A DNA stretch of 63,982 nt, filler included, from Rhabdomonas costata (lineage: Eukaryota): the NCBI GenBank assembly GCA_019059605.1. It is 9 parts of 9 records of this genome, joined end to end, with 100 filler letters (N's around TTAATTAATTAA, not from the genome) between each part and the next. Parts side by side here need not be neighbours in the genome. Positions count along the whole stretch, not along the records: positions 44,574 to 51,834 come from JAHMHO010000007.1; positions 51,935 to 58,603 come from JAHMHO010000008.1; positions 58,704 to 63,982 come from JAHMHO010000081.1; 6 more parts are not named here. One strand, 5' to 3'. Of the stretch, positions 47,055 to 60,047 are shown one piece after another. The position numbers and the translations under genes are program-made. The notes under the pieces are model-generated. The model saw only the letters and a list, made by a program, of their open reading frames with translations. It was not told the DNA's origin and did no database searches. Position 1 is the stretch's first letter. Each line of letters begins with the position of its first letter.

Positions 47055-50000
47055 TTATTTTGCAAAATGAGAACGCTCTTTCAACGGATTAATCCTCAGC
47101 GGGGACAAAGCCCCAAAAACCCCTTGCTTCGGCTTCTGCTCGCTTCTTGTGCTTCCCTGGATACTTAAGCACTCGCCAGGATGACGTTTCAAAAGATGAA
47201 AACGATGATGCAGTGCACCCAGCGGCGGAAGGGCATACGGAAGAGTGCCCACTGCTGGAAGTGCACCGGCGGCGCCGTCCTGCAGACGGCCCCACTCCGG
47301 GCCGAAGGAGTTCCTGATCTTGCTCTGATAGTCCGAGAAGAGGTTCATGTCGTAGTTCACCTCGCGGTCGTAGCTCTTCCGGCCCAGGATGTACGTCGCC
47401 TGGACGACGCGGTCGTCACTCTGAATGACCATGGGGAAAATCAAGCGCTCCAGCATGAAGACTTCGAACAGCTCCTGACTGCTCTTGAGCCAGGAACGGG
47501 AGAACGCGGGGTCTTTCCAGTCCGCCTCGGCCGTAGCGTTGTACTGCTTCGAGAGGTATGTCTGGATGACCTCCGCGTTCCACCGGTACAGCGGCATGAA
47601 GGCAGGGTCCAGCACCACGAAGTCCGCCTCCTTGCCCGAGGCGAAGTTCCCGATGTAGGGATCCAACCGAAGCTGCACCGCCGTGCCCAAGGTAATCAGG
47701 AAGATCTGGGTCAAGGGGTAGGGCTTGTAGATCTCCTTGTAGGGGATCCTGATCCGGGGGTCTTTGGTGAGGAACCTTGTGTTCTCAGCCATATAGGTGA
47801 GGTTCCCGGTCCACTCGTCGTTGTTGAAGGAACCACTCATACCCGCGGGGAAGTTTCCGGCGGCCTCCCCTGTGCGTGAACGCGCCAGAGATAAACCAAA
47901 CTGAGCACAGGAACATAGGCAGTGCATGATGAGAGATGTGGCAGAGAATGTGACAAACGGCGGAGCAAACGAGTGAGTTAAAGTGAAGACTGGGAACAAG
48001 CGAGACCTGCACAGTTGATAGGCAGGGCCCGCCTTTTTTGCATGCACTTTTGGTCTGAGTTTGGTCTGAGCAAAAGAAATTTAAGGTGCATTTTTCAATT
48101 AGATTGGGGTCGCTGGTCAGTTATCGGGAAGGGATGGCGTGAAGTGAAGGAATGAAGAATGTACATGATTGAGCAAAAAAGGGAAGGCGAGATAAAATTG
48201 CAGTGTTTTTTTTTTGCATTTTCTCTTGCAAAAATCATGGAGGGCACCTTTATGCACTTTCTTTTCTGCGATTACAAAACACCGACGTTGATCACAAACA
48301 AAAGGTGGCGGTGGCGGTGGAAGGGTGCCGACGAGAACCGGGAGTCATGGCAACCTTGTACATCTCGTTCATCACCCTGAGCATGTGGTACGTGTTACCT
48401 CCGCCAACGTCCGTCCCCATTCCGACGACGATTCCGCGCTTAACATACGATGCCATGTCAAAGAGCCCGCTGCCCAGGAAGAGGTTGGAAGGGGGGCAGT
48501 GGCAGGGCCTTGCGGAGTTCTGCTCCATGAGCTCGTGGTCACGCTCCGTGAGGTGGACACCATGGGCCCAGGTCGACAGTCGCGTCACCAGTCCGTACGC
48601 ATCATGCATCTGCATCTGTGAGGGAGCATGTGTGAGTGTGTTACAAAGTGGAAGTGAGGTCAACTGGTCAACTGGTCTGCTGATCTTCCCGTCAGCAGAA
48701 TGGGGAGCTGCTCCAGGAGAGTTTCTGAGCGAGGCGTGAACTCTTTGTCGAATTCCGTAGATTTTCTTGCCCCACAATAAAACGACAATAAAAATGAGCT
48801 GTAAAGTCGTTGCAGAGAACCTCCGTGCTGGCGTTGAGAAGCCTCGCCACCATTTGGTCCTTGGTCAGGCCCATGCTCCGTAGGAAACGCTGTGTCGTCG
48901 CGCTGAGGGGGCGCTTGTTGTACCACGCGTCAATCCAGCCGTTGCTGGGAAAGCCCTCCCGGCCCTTCACTCCCTCGCGCCAGAGCTGTACATCAATCAC
49001 CGCCTTGGACAGCTCTTCACCTGAATCACCCCCCCAAAAAAACCCTCGAAAGATAGTCCCAAAAATTGCGGCAAAAAACCCATGCGCGCGGACGGGCGGA
49101 GGGTTTTATTGAGGCACGCCCCACTGTAAGCTGAGTAGGGATGGCAGCTGAACGCTCAAACGAAACAAATAACATGACCGCCTTCGACCGCCTTCACGCA
49201 ATCATACAAATGAAAAATGACTCTGAATACTCAGGCAACAGAGCTCAGGCACCGCTGCTCCAATGGGTATGAATGCTATCGGCCGAAGAGAGGTGGAGCG
49301 GAGTTGATGAGGCGGCATAAACTTGAGCAACAGGGGGAATACTGGAATTAAGGTGGATTTTTCAGGCCATTTTCTTTTTAGTTTTGATAACAAAAAGAAA
49401 GGAGAAAAGAAAACCCTGCTTCTCAAACAACACTTGTAGGCAACAAATTACAGGCGAAGCATAAACTGTGCTATACAGGAATACTGCAATGCAAAATGGA
49501 CGTTGTAATGTACAGGAATAATGGAGGAACATATTCACATCATGGAGACATTGAAAAAGCGTGTTGAGGGCAAAGAAGATTTCAAAACAAACGTAAAGCA
49601 AAGAAGATGCGCACTTCGGCAAAACAAAGACCACGAAGAGACGCAAAGCAAGCAAGCAGGCAACTGTCGTTGCGAGCAGAAATGTAGCGGTAAAAGGCAA
49701 AAGAGGGTTGTGGGGTCCCAGAAACACCAACGCCGAGTGGTATAGAAAGGAGCACAATGACGAACAACCAAAGACCAACCAGAGAAAAGGCATGTTTTTT
49801 CGTTGGAAAGAAAGTGTCCTATCGAGGCAATTCAACTAGTTGGAATAAGGTATGAGGTATGAGGTATTTCACCAGCGTGAAAAACATTGCGCAGAATGGC
49901 CCTGCACGCGCAGAAGCGCATACTGACGTGGGTGTGAAACACCATGTCAGGGAACTCGTCCTGCAGCAACTTGCAGGCTTCCAACATGGCAGGGGTGTCG

Positions 50001-51320
50001 GTGTTCAGAAACCTGAGAAGATGTGCAAGACGAACCCCCCCCCCAACAAAAGCAAGGCAGGGAGCTGCACATCTATAGCGGATCAGGCCCACGCAGTCTG
50101 TTGCGGGACGCGGTGACGCAGTGCTCGAAGGTCCGCTTTTTGGTTCGCGGGGTGCCCACAAGAACCAGTGGCGACTTGGGCTCCCGGCTTTGTGCACGGT
50201 GGTCTCGTTCGATTTTCCAATCCAAGTGAAGTGCGATTTACAAGTGCCCCCTTAAATTAGATAGCAATTAGATAGCAGAAAACCATGAATTTCAAATGAA
50301 ACTCATCCCGCGACACACGGGAAGTTAAGTGCACCGAACCACGGGGTTGAACCACTTCTGAATCAGGGAGTAGCTTGGAAACATTTTAGTGCGAAGCGGT
50401 TGGGAGGGGTTTAAGCGGGGATTGTGGAGAACCGTGACAGCCAAACTAAACTATAATGAGGGCTGAAAGGGCAGGAGGATGTGCCTGGATTTAGAGGCGC
50501 AGCATAGGGCGTGATCCCCTAAGGCGTCCAACAGCCTCTAGAGTCATGAAGGGACGGATGGACCAGAATTGAAGTTTCGCACGTTCCCCTTTTCCACCTT
50601 GTTCACACATATCTCTCATTCTCTGTACCCGACACATCCCAACCCACCCTTGAAGAGCTTTGCGATCACTCTGCCTTGCCAAACCAAAATCACGGAGGTC
50701 CAAAGCTGTAGCTACGCATGGGACACCGAGTTTTTTTTAAGCTCCACCTTTGAGGCAGTTCGTGCATCCCCTTCCGCGTACTATCGTCCTCCGTTTGTTT
50801 CTTCCCTTGCCTTGCCTTGTTTTGTGTGCCTAAACACCTTACGTTATGAAGAATACTAGGAACTGTCTCGGTGGGTCAATAATCTACGTTAATGAGAGAT
50901 TGTTTCACAGCAGTCGTCCCCCTTTGCGGTTTCGCTCCCGCTCACGCACGCGTTTGAGTGGCAAACACAACCCCATAAAGAATGAAGGAAGCGCGTGTTT
51001 CAACGGGCACATGGTTTCTAAAAGGGATGAATCTCATGGGTTCTCGTGTCCCCAAAACGTCACTATTGCCACCTTTGTTGAGCCGCTGGCACGCACAATG
51101 GCACACACATCCGCACCTGGGGATGTTTCCGACCATCGCGTCCGCGGGGCAGTGTTGGCTTGTGGTACTTTCGGTACAGGGTCTTGGTGTCCTCATAGTA
51201 AACCTGCGCCGAGAGCTCCCCGAAGGTGTCCGAAAAGTTCCGAGAGTTGCAGAGAGGAAAGGTCGAATCGTAGGGCTTCACTTTCAAAACAGGATCGGCA
51301 CAGTTCGCCATCCCATTCAC
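47055..51320 (-). CDS. guaD: Guanine deaminase (amidohydrolase superfamily), multi-exon, 5' end missing
   Basis: Exons ~51320-51117, 50012-49924, 49020-48821, 48615-48339 and 47869 onward. Motifs: FHTHVSE, AYGL, WAHGVHL, HCPPSNLFLGSGLF, VGMGTDVGGG, NEMYKV, IGNFASGKEADFVVLD, DDRVVQATYILG. Exact stop uncertain. Confidence 0.92.
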
Positions 51321-51934
51321 GCCTGTGGGAAGCCACGGAAGTCACGCTTCTCTTTGTTGTTAACATTTAAAGCCTGAATTTTACACCGACATGCATCCAT
51401 GCTTCCGAATTGGCCCCCAAGGGCCCACCCACACAGAGACAAGACTGCGATACTGCGATAGTTCCAGGAAACGAAATGCAAATCGGAAGAGGACTGAGCC
51501 GCAGCAGCCTTTTGCAGGCCTCCCGAAACGCTTCGTGGCCGGCCGGGGGCGATTTCCTTCAATGCAACAAGGCACTATTAACAATGGCAAACCGCGCATT
51601 ACGACTTTTTTTTCGCTAAAAAAGAACCACTCTAACATTGTGCTAGGGCGCATTTTGCTTTGCCGGCGTGCTCGCAAAATAGATCACACACGTGGCGCCT
51701 TGGCTCGGTGTGCTGTGGCGTGTCCTTGTGCTGCTTGTTCTGCACACCAGTTGGTTTTTTGGCGCGTTCACGGTGCTGTCTCCGACGGGCATTGGGGGGG
51801 AGGGTGTGCGCCGTGAACGCGCCAAAAACCCAACNNNNNNNNNNNNNNNNNNNNNNNNNNNNNNNNNNNNNNNNNNNNTTAATTAATTAANNNNNNNNNN
51901 NNNNNNNNNNNNNNNNNNNNNNNNNNNNNNNNNN

Positions 51935-54700
51935 GTGTTTGGGGGGGGGTTGGAGGTCAAGAACAGGGTGCCAGAGGAGGCTGCCCCGAAGTAGGGCACG
52001 CACAGCAGCTGCTGGAGGACATCCGAGAGATACCTGAGTGAAGGAGCAGTGTGGTGGCCATGCTTGTCTGCAATAGTGCAACACGCCTTGGAAAAAAGAG
52101 CTGTGCAAGTGCAAGTGCAAGTGCAAGTGCACACCGGTTGAAGAAGAGCATTGCCAGCAAGTTGTCCATCATAGTGTCCGCGAGAACTACCCCCGAGACG
52201 TTCGCGGGAAACGCCGCAACGTCCAGGCTGGTGACCTCTCGGCCACCCCGAGGACAGTCCGATCCCAAAACCATCCGCCCTGGGCAAAAAAGGATGCAAA
52301 CAAAAAAGTGGGAAAAATGTGCAGAGCTTTCGTAAAGAATTGCTTGCTTTCCTGGAAAAGAAATGCGTCCAGCCGGTCGATCTCGTCTCATTGGGACTAT
52401 AGAATCACATGGTTGTGTTGAGATACAATAGGGCGCGGAGACTATTTTTTTTCGGGGGGAATCGCACGACAACAGCCTGCACCCTCCGGTCGCCCCCAAC
52501 AAGAGGAGAGAAAGACCTTCTTTGTCCATCAGATGACGGTTGAGGAACCGCGCGTTCCGCATGTGCTTCAAAGAGATCAACAGCGGAAGGTCGGGCAGCA
52601 TCACCTTCAGGTCGAGGCAGATCATCAGCGTCGCCGTAATACAGTCAGCTACTTGCTCTTGCTCAGAGCCATCAGAACTGCACCCCATCCCAACGCCGAT
52701 TTGTACACTGCCCACCATTTTCACACTGCCCGCGCAAAGAGTTAGCGAGCAATTTCATGTGTGTGCTTGAGCAGGGGGGTGACTGGGTGGGTACAGGTGC
52801 GCATGCACAGGTGAGATGGCACATGGTATGCCCAGCCATGGGAGGAGGAGCCCCAGACCCCCAGGCAGAGCTGTCGATCTGGACCCAGCTGTTATTTCCT
52901 GGGGTCGCAATCCAACGCACACACACACACAGAAACACAGGCATACGCTTGACCAGGGTAACTTTTTTCTGGCAAGGACTCGAGGTCCACTTCCCCCCTG
53001 GATTACCAACTTTCCTGGGTAGAATAATGCACTTTTTTTTGGCTTCTTCTTGCCCGCAGCACACGGAGGGTTTGACGGGGGGACCTGATGCAGCGCAACG
53101 GAAAGCAAAATCCTCAAGAATAACAAGAATAAATCTAGAGAAAAATGGGAGGGAGGGACACCACAATACCAAAATACAACGTACAAACACAACGTTGCGA
53201 AGGATATACCCCCGTTTACCGCAAATCCCATAGGGAGGAAGGAGAGGGAGAGGACAAAAGCCTACCTGCCTCCGTCTTCCTCCAACGGAACCACCACCAC
53301 GGTCGCTGCCCGGGCGACTCCGGCTGCCATCGCTATTGTTTTCCGTTTGGGTCAACTCAGGAAGATTTTTGAAAAGAAAACCCAACGCAATCTGGCCTTT
53401 TCCTATTTCCTGGATGTGAGGAAACAGTTGCGACAACGCCTGGTGCAGCGCTTAGTGGTGGCGACACACATGGCACCTAAAACAGGAATACCCGCGACCG
53501 GGATACCGATAGAAAAGAACAAAAAGGCAATCAAAAAGTGCGGGGGTGGAGGGACACATCAAAGGTGGAGGTGCTAAAAGAACATCAGCAATGATTGGAC
53601 CAACTTAGCAAGAGGGCCAAGTCGAAGCATGGCTGGTTCTTGCACCCTCAGACCGGTACTCACCCGTGCCCCTTGGAGGCTCTTTCCTTAATTTTTCGTT
53701 AATCTTGTTTCGCATCTTTCCCCAGTGCAGTAGAGGGTTTATCGACAGCACCCACAACGTATATGCAAAAAACCCCATGACTTAACCATAACAAGCTGCT
53801 GAGGTTCAAAGACTGACTGATGACAAAATGGAGAGAAAACAGTTCAGAGTGCGAGGGGGGAGGGGCGTCAAAACGACAAGAAATCACTTCGTTGGGAACG
53901 CGTGCGCGCGAGCCACTGCACACCCAGGGTTCCCCAACCACTGGCCTGAACAACGTACACCTCCTCCAGAAGCCCCAGCAGTTTGAGCTGCTCCGAGTCG
54001 GGCAGCTCGGTCACGGCGAATACCACAGCGGGGTGCGCCCTGAGGGCCTTTGCCCGCAGCGGCAGCGCAAACCAGCACACCCCCACACTGAGCCCCACCA
54101 CAACGATGTGGCCCTGCAAGGACTCCGGGACATGGGGCACCACCACGTTCCGCACCGCCTCGGAGCCCATCCCGAGTTGCCGGAGGGGCTCCGGGGGTCG
54201 CATGGTGAAGGAGAGCGTGGAGGGATCGAGCTTGTCCTGTTCAAGGATTGGGATGCATGGAAAAAAACAAGGCCAAGTGATGCGATAATACCCGAACCAC
54301 CTCAACTGAGAGATGAAAGGCGCCACCAAAGATCCATAATTGGGAAAAAGCACAGGACCAACAAGGCTTGCCAGCTCAAAACGGTGAGCCGAACGCAGTT
54401 GACGGGAATCACAAGCATAAATTAAGAGTACATATTTTACACCAGCTTATACGAGTTTTACGCCAAAGTATTTATCTGGCATTCTCACCCCAAGCATGAG
54501 GGTAGTACTTGAGAGCTGCTTCATTTTTCATCATTTTTAGCCCACAGTAAAACGACCCCTTTTCTCTCACCAGCTGTGCCAAGGCCAGTGAGTCAAACAT
54601 ATAGCGCCGCATCTCGGCTTCGCTGGTCGGGTTGTCGACCTGCTCCGTGAGCTCCGGAGTGGAAGGCGGGCACCTGCCCGTGGGACTCCCACCTATACAG
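51935..54700 (-). CDS. BK/Slo-type calcium-activated potassium channel, RCK2-region exons (partial)
   Basis: LQGHIVVVG...FALPLRA; VADCITATL..LPLLISLKHMRNARFL; FPANVSGVVLADTMMDNLLAMLFFN|RYLSDVLQQLL. Compare Slo: GHVVVC..LVMPLRAS and FACG.....LDSL....YFN. Confidence 0.7.
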
Positions 54701-55522
54701 GAAAGAGCATCGCCTCCTCCTCCTCCTCCTCCTCCTCCTCGCTGGTATCATACCCTCCTTTGCCTTGACCATAACACCAATTATCGCACATCGTTCAATC
54801 AACAAGTGGCAAATGGCGGGCTCACAGCCCTCCTTTAAAATACATCAAAACGGCATCGTTCAGACACAGAATGCACGAGTGGGACGCCAAGAACCATAGC
54901 AGCATATTCAGCTGGATTATTACCAATCACATCCCAATGCAGGCAAGAAATTTCGAATGCAGTTGCGTCACAACTCACATTCAGAGTTTCCATGGTTGCC
55001 TTTCCGTTCAAGGTTCAGCACTATCAGCTGCTTAACTACACGCTGGGTATAAGGACTCTGCAAACCGTTTTCTTGTTCGTGAGCTCACACTGAATTCTCA
55101 CAACATTCCGAACCGGGCGATGCACATCCGCGTATTTTTCAAACTCGTCAAAAGCGTTAACTCCAAGCCACATGATGAGGCAAGTTCCAGAAGTGCGTGG
55201 GGAGTACCACGCGCTAACTGCGCACCACGACATGGATTTCAGTATGTGACGGGGAAGGCAGGTGGAGTTACCGCATTTGGGAGGACCCTTCAAGGATCTG
55301 AGCAAGGCACTCCTGGGCACCCCCAGGACCTTCAGTGCCGCCAGAATAGAATCCTTTTTTTTGGGGAGAGGGTCAGGCGAAAACTAGAAAAATCACAACC
55401 AACCAAGTGCAGGTGATGCGCGCCGAGCACAAGAGGCCAAGAGGAAACGTGGTGAAGGCTAAAAAGTGCCGAACTTTCCCTTGATGCAGAAGCACACTTG
55501 ATTCCAAAGTGCGATTCCCCCA

Positions 55523-55702
55523 NNNNNNNNNNNNNNNNNNNNNNNNNNNNNNNNNNNNNNNNNNNNNNNNNNNNNNNNNNNNNNNNNNNNNNNNNNNNNN
55601 NNNNNNNNNNNNNNNNNNNNNNNNNNNNNNNNNNNNNNNNNNNNNNNNNNNNNNNNNNNNNNNNNNNNNNNNNNNNNNNNNNNNNNNNNNNNNNNNNNNN
55701 NN
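55523..55702. other. Scaffold gap (180 N, no linker)
   Basis: Plain N run without the TTAATTAATTAA linker, so probably an intra-scaffold gap. Confidence 0.9.
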
Positions 55703-56998
55703 CTTGCCTACCTTTGAGTCTGAGAACAGTCCCATGGAGCTGGCTTTCGCTTCCCTTCCCTTCCACTCGTGAAGAAGAAGCAAAGCAAGACAAGACTTGT
55801 CAAAGGCGCACATAAGCATAGTGCAATAGTGCGCCAAACAATACGTTATTGAAAAAACAGAAACCAATGTGTGAATTCCATCCTTGTCAGCGGAATAATC
55901 TGGCTCGCTGGCAGGCTAATCTCTTCCGTCTCTCCTGTACCCTCAGCGGGAATGACATCGTCCGAGAGGATGAGGGAGAGAGTGCAGAGAGCAAAGAGAA
56001 ATGGAATTTGCGGTGGAACACCTGGGCGTGTTCCCATGACAGCGCGAGAACCAGCAAGCTATCTCCCTCGCTCAGGCAGTAGCTCGGGGGGTTCAGCAGG
56101 AGCTCATCTTTGAATGCAAAAGGGCCATTCAGAAGAAGCCGGAGATCTTACGGCATCATTCCCACGCGACTCGAGTGGTCCCAGAAGGCGAAACACTACG
56201 CCACCACCCACTACCCAGGGAAACAGCCGAAGGAAAACCGGACGAATTCACCAAACACTCGACCAAGGAGCGTAAGGACAGGTATTAAATGCGCTGGAAG
56301 ACACACAGACAAAGATGACGGTATGTCCCTATAAATGTTGAGTGACACTGTTTTGCCAACATCAACAAATGGGGGAGGGGTGGGGTGTTGTTCAGTTTCT
56401 CGCAATGGCAAATGTTGACAAGTGAGTTGAAGTTCCATATTCTTTCTGCAGAGAATATACACATGCAAACACCGGTAAAAGACTACAGAGGTAGTGCTGG
56501 AGTGCTGGAGGAGCAAAATGAGATGCTCCAGCTGGGTTTTCCTGCCCTGGAGTGCTACGACGGCTTGCCTTTTATGTTTTCCGCGTTAGCCCACACGAAC
56601 TTTTAAGAAGAAAATAGGGAGTAATAAAAAAGCCGCGTGCCCACGGGGATATTAACTTTAGCTCGGTGGAACCCAGGATAAATGAGCCTGCATATGAAGG
56701 TCAGGTTTCAATTTGATTTAAGGGTGTGTTGGTGTATTGGTGACTGCTGTGAAATGACCGGCGCACGCTCCGTGAGGTGGTTTGGAAGCGAACGGCGCCG
56801 CGGGGTACCGACTCACCTCCGAGCATTCTACATCCGGTAACCTCCCGCCCCACGAGAGCGCAGCTGCTCTTCTCCACTGCTCCGTTGCAGCTCAGGTCTC
56901 TAAGGTCCATCCTCTTTTGCGGGGAGGGCTTATTTCATTGAAGCGAACCTTCCTTTTCCTTCCGGATGTGTAAGCGGGTAGCCAGGGTGTGTAAGCGC

Positions 56999-58510
56999 AC
57001 CTCATGGGCCAAGGTAGACACGCAGCCTGCTTTCGTCCTGAGGGTGGCGACGTCATGCTCTAGCTGCGCGACCTGCTCCCGGAGCTGATCCACCACTGAG
57101 GTGCTGGAGTCATTGACGGCGGCGGTCTGCGGGGACCGGTCGGGGTCGGACTTCGCGGTCCCGGGCTGCCGCTGCGCCGTGGACAGGTGCAGGAGCAGGT
57201 ACCCCGGCACCACCACACCCGCCAGCAACGCCCTTGGAAGAGCGAGAGCATACCAAAGCCTAAATTCCCATGACAAAAAAACTCGAGAGCTTGACCAGCA
57301 GACTTCTATGTCTTCATTGGAGAAGGGCACCACTCCAGCCGCACTGAACTCCCTTGGCGGCTCCTTCCCAACGCTGTGTACCTGCAATCTCCACACAGTT
57401 TTGAGAGTTTGGTAACCACACCCACAACGTTGTTGTAGGGTGGGGTGGGGTGGAGTTGGCACCGACTCCTAGCCCCTCTCCCGATCAACCGGGGGCAGTC
57501 AAACAGTCTCAAACAGCTCAACTTCATGTACTCCCTCTGTTTTTGTCTTCTGCATTCCCCCTCAGATCCCTCTGGCGTTACTTATTGTCAATTGTTTGTT
57601 TGGTGCTGCACCACACTGTGCCGCAGTGCAAGTGTGGATCATTTACAACGATGCAACGAGAACGATCCCGAGGTCAGGCCCACCACTATCCCACTCACAG
57701 AGGCAAATGGGGGTGGGGTAGGGATGTGGGTGGGGGTGGCAGTGCCAGATACCTCTGCACTGCAAGGTCGGCCGTGATAAGGATACTCATCACCAGTAAG
57801 GTCCCAGAATAAACTCCTACGGCGGTCACGTGCAGGGAAAGCGCACGAGATCCTTCACTCGCCGCCGCGACAGACGTCGTCGGCACCTGATAAATGCTCG
57901 AAACCTCGGCCTGACTGCACACCACCTGCATCCCGATGAGTCCCCAGACCACCACCCCAGCAAGGAAAAGCCCTGCCAAGCTGCTGACACCACCTAGCCA
58001 GACCAGGGTAAGCGGCCATGCCAGCGCGGAGGACGCCATCCACCCTCGAGTGATGGCGGGAATCCAAGGCCCCAACGTCCACCCCCTAACGCTCTTTCCG
58101 GGCACAAGGGACAGCCCAAGCGCAACCGCATCCCCTGCGCATAGCCCAAAGCCCACGGCGGCAGCTTTTAACACAGCGACGGCCCCATCGAACCGGAAGA
58201 GGTAGGACACGGAGATTGCGGCACAGACGATCAAATGGACGGCAAGGGCGTGGCTAACCAGTGGAATTGAGATGGATTTCGTGGGCTTAGGAGGGGACAT
58301 CACCAGTGAGAAGGCCGACATGGCGGGGGTGATGCGGGGACGAGTCCCGGGTACCCCGACTGGAGACGCGGCAGGGGCGCCAAAGTCCAGCTCCGAGGGA
58401 CTGTGAGTCACATGCTCTTCAGCCGTGTTCGAAGCGACGGTGTATGACCAGATGGACCACGCAGCCTCCAGCAGCCCGCAGGCCAAGGCCGTGAGCGCCA
58501 CGGCGAGCAT
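56999..58510 (-). CDS. Multi-pass membrane protein with a C-terminal coiled coil, function unknown
   Basis: Long hydrophobic ORF 57695-58516, plus a downstream exon ALLAGVVVPGYLLL...VVDQLREQVAQLEHDVATLR...HE ending at a GTGCG donor. Confidence 0.5.
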
Positions 58511-60047
58511 TCTCACCAGTCAAAGTGTTCTAAAAATCAGAAAGCACGGATGCAGGGAAATATCAGAGGAGCAAAAAAATGCTCAAGACCCAAAAACAAA
58601 AACNNNNNNNNNNNNNNNNNNNNNNNNNNNNNNNNNNNNNNNNNNNNTTAATTAATTAANNNNNNNNNNNNNNNNNNNNNNNNNNNNNNNNNNNNNNNNN
58701 NNNTGTTTGTGGTTATGTTGAACTTGCTGTTTGCTTTCTTGGTTTCGTTTCGTTCTTCGAAATGACTGCACCCTTCCCCCAATGCAGTTTTCGAACGTCC
58801 CCTTTCGCTCTTGGGGCAGTGGGGGTAGTCAGCCAGGTGGACTTGACATTTCGCAACTGTTTTTCTGCATCTTTAATGGCACCTTCGCTTTGGGACTGAG
58901 ACGATATTGCGATATTTGAGATGGCAGTCATTAAAATGGAAACAGAAGAGATCGCCCTTCACCCGTTTTGCCTAGCCAAGAGAAAGCTAGGGAAATAAGA
59001 GAGAAGTCGAGGGAGGTGATACAAAATGGATTCGCAACTTAGCGACCGGCCGACTCACGGCCCTGAAGCCGGAAGTATTCCTTGTGGCTGTTTAGGAATT
59101 GTGGTTGTGCTTTTTCTAATGACCCTTACCCCACTGCGACACCACTTTCGGGAAAGGGAAAATCGGGGTAACTAGGGGTACAAGGTACGAGATACCTAAG
59201 ATATGGACAGGACGTGAGGATTGCCTCCGATTGATGCACGATAAAATTGCAGCAATGGGAGTGCAGCTCATCCATGAATGCACGAGCAGTGTCCTCATTT
59301 CAGATACTCCTGCGGTGAGAACTTTCGCACAACTTTTTATGAAACCCCAAATCGACACGTTGAGGGAACCAGAACGAACACAAAGAGTCACTTCATGGGG
59401 CAAGGCCCCCTGTCGCCTTGATCAGCAGATTTGCTGTGAGCTCACTGTCGCTCAGCGCACTCGTTGTTTCCAGAGTTGACCACTTTCCCCGACGGTGAGT
59501 CATTGCTTTTCTCCTCCTCTCTCAAGCGCTGCTGTATTCTTTTGCGGGTGGGGAGATTTTGTGTGCTGCTTTCGCGCTGCAGTTGTATTGAAAACGGATG
59601 AGGCGAGCAGTGGTTCTGGCCTCGGCCGCTCGGCCAGCGGTGTACCTCACAGAGCATGGCACCCTGGTGAAGCAGTTCAACGACCGCCGCCATGAGCTGA
59701 AGTGCTTAGCTTCTGTATGGGCACAGCTGTGAAGAAGAGAGTGTGGGGTGACTTCTTGGTATGCTGGCTTCCGAGGTCCATCAAGTGGCGTTGGCCTTAG
59801 GAGCGCTTTGAGTTCATGGCGCATCTGCATCCCACCTTCCTTTCATCTGCCGTCGGTGGTTCTTTTTTCGGGGTGTGTGTATGAGGTTGTGTGTCCATGA
59901 CAATGGGGCAAATCAGATTTGCCCAATCATCGTCTAGGCAATCAGGTGTTTGTTTTTACCGATGGCGACATGTAATACACCACCATCTGTGGATGCGGAT
60001 GTCAGCGTTCAATATTACTTTTTATTTTCGCTGCATAGTTAAGAGAA

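Noticed and set aside
47181-47879. 232-aa plus-strand ORF
   Set aside because: Antisense shadow of the GC3-rich guanine deaminase exon.
59100-59400. Decayed AP-endonuclease of a LINE on the minus strand (GSLNV...GVSEMR...GVAV)
   Set aside because: Motifs are too short and broken to support a call without a profile search.
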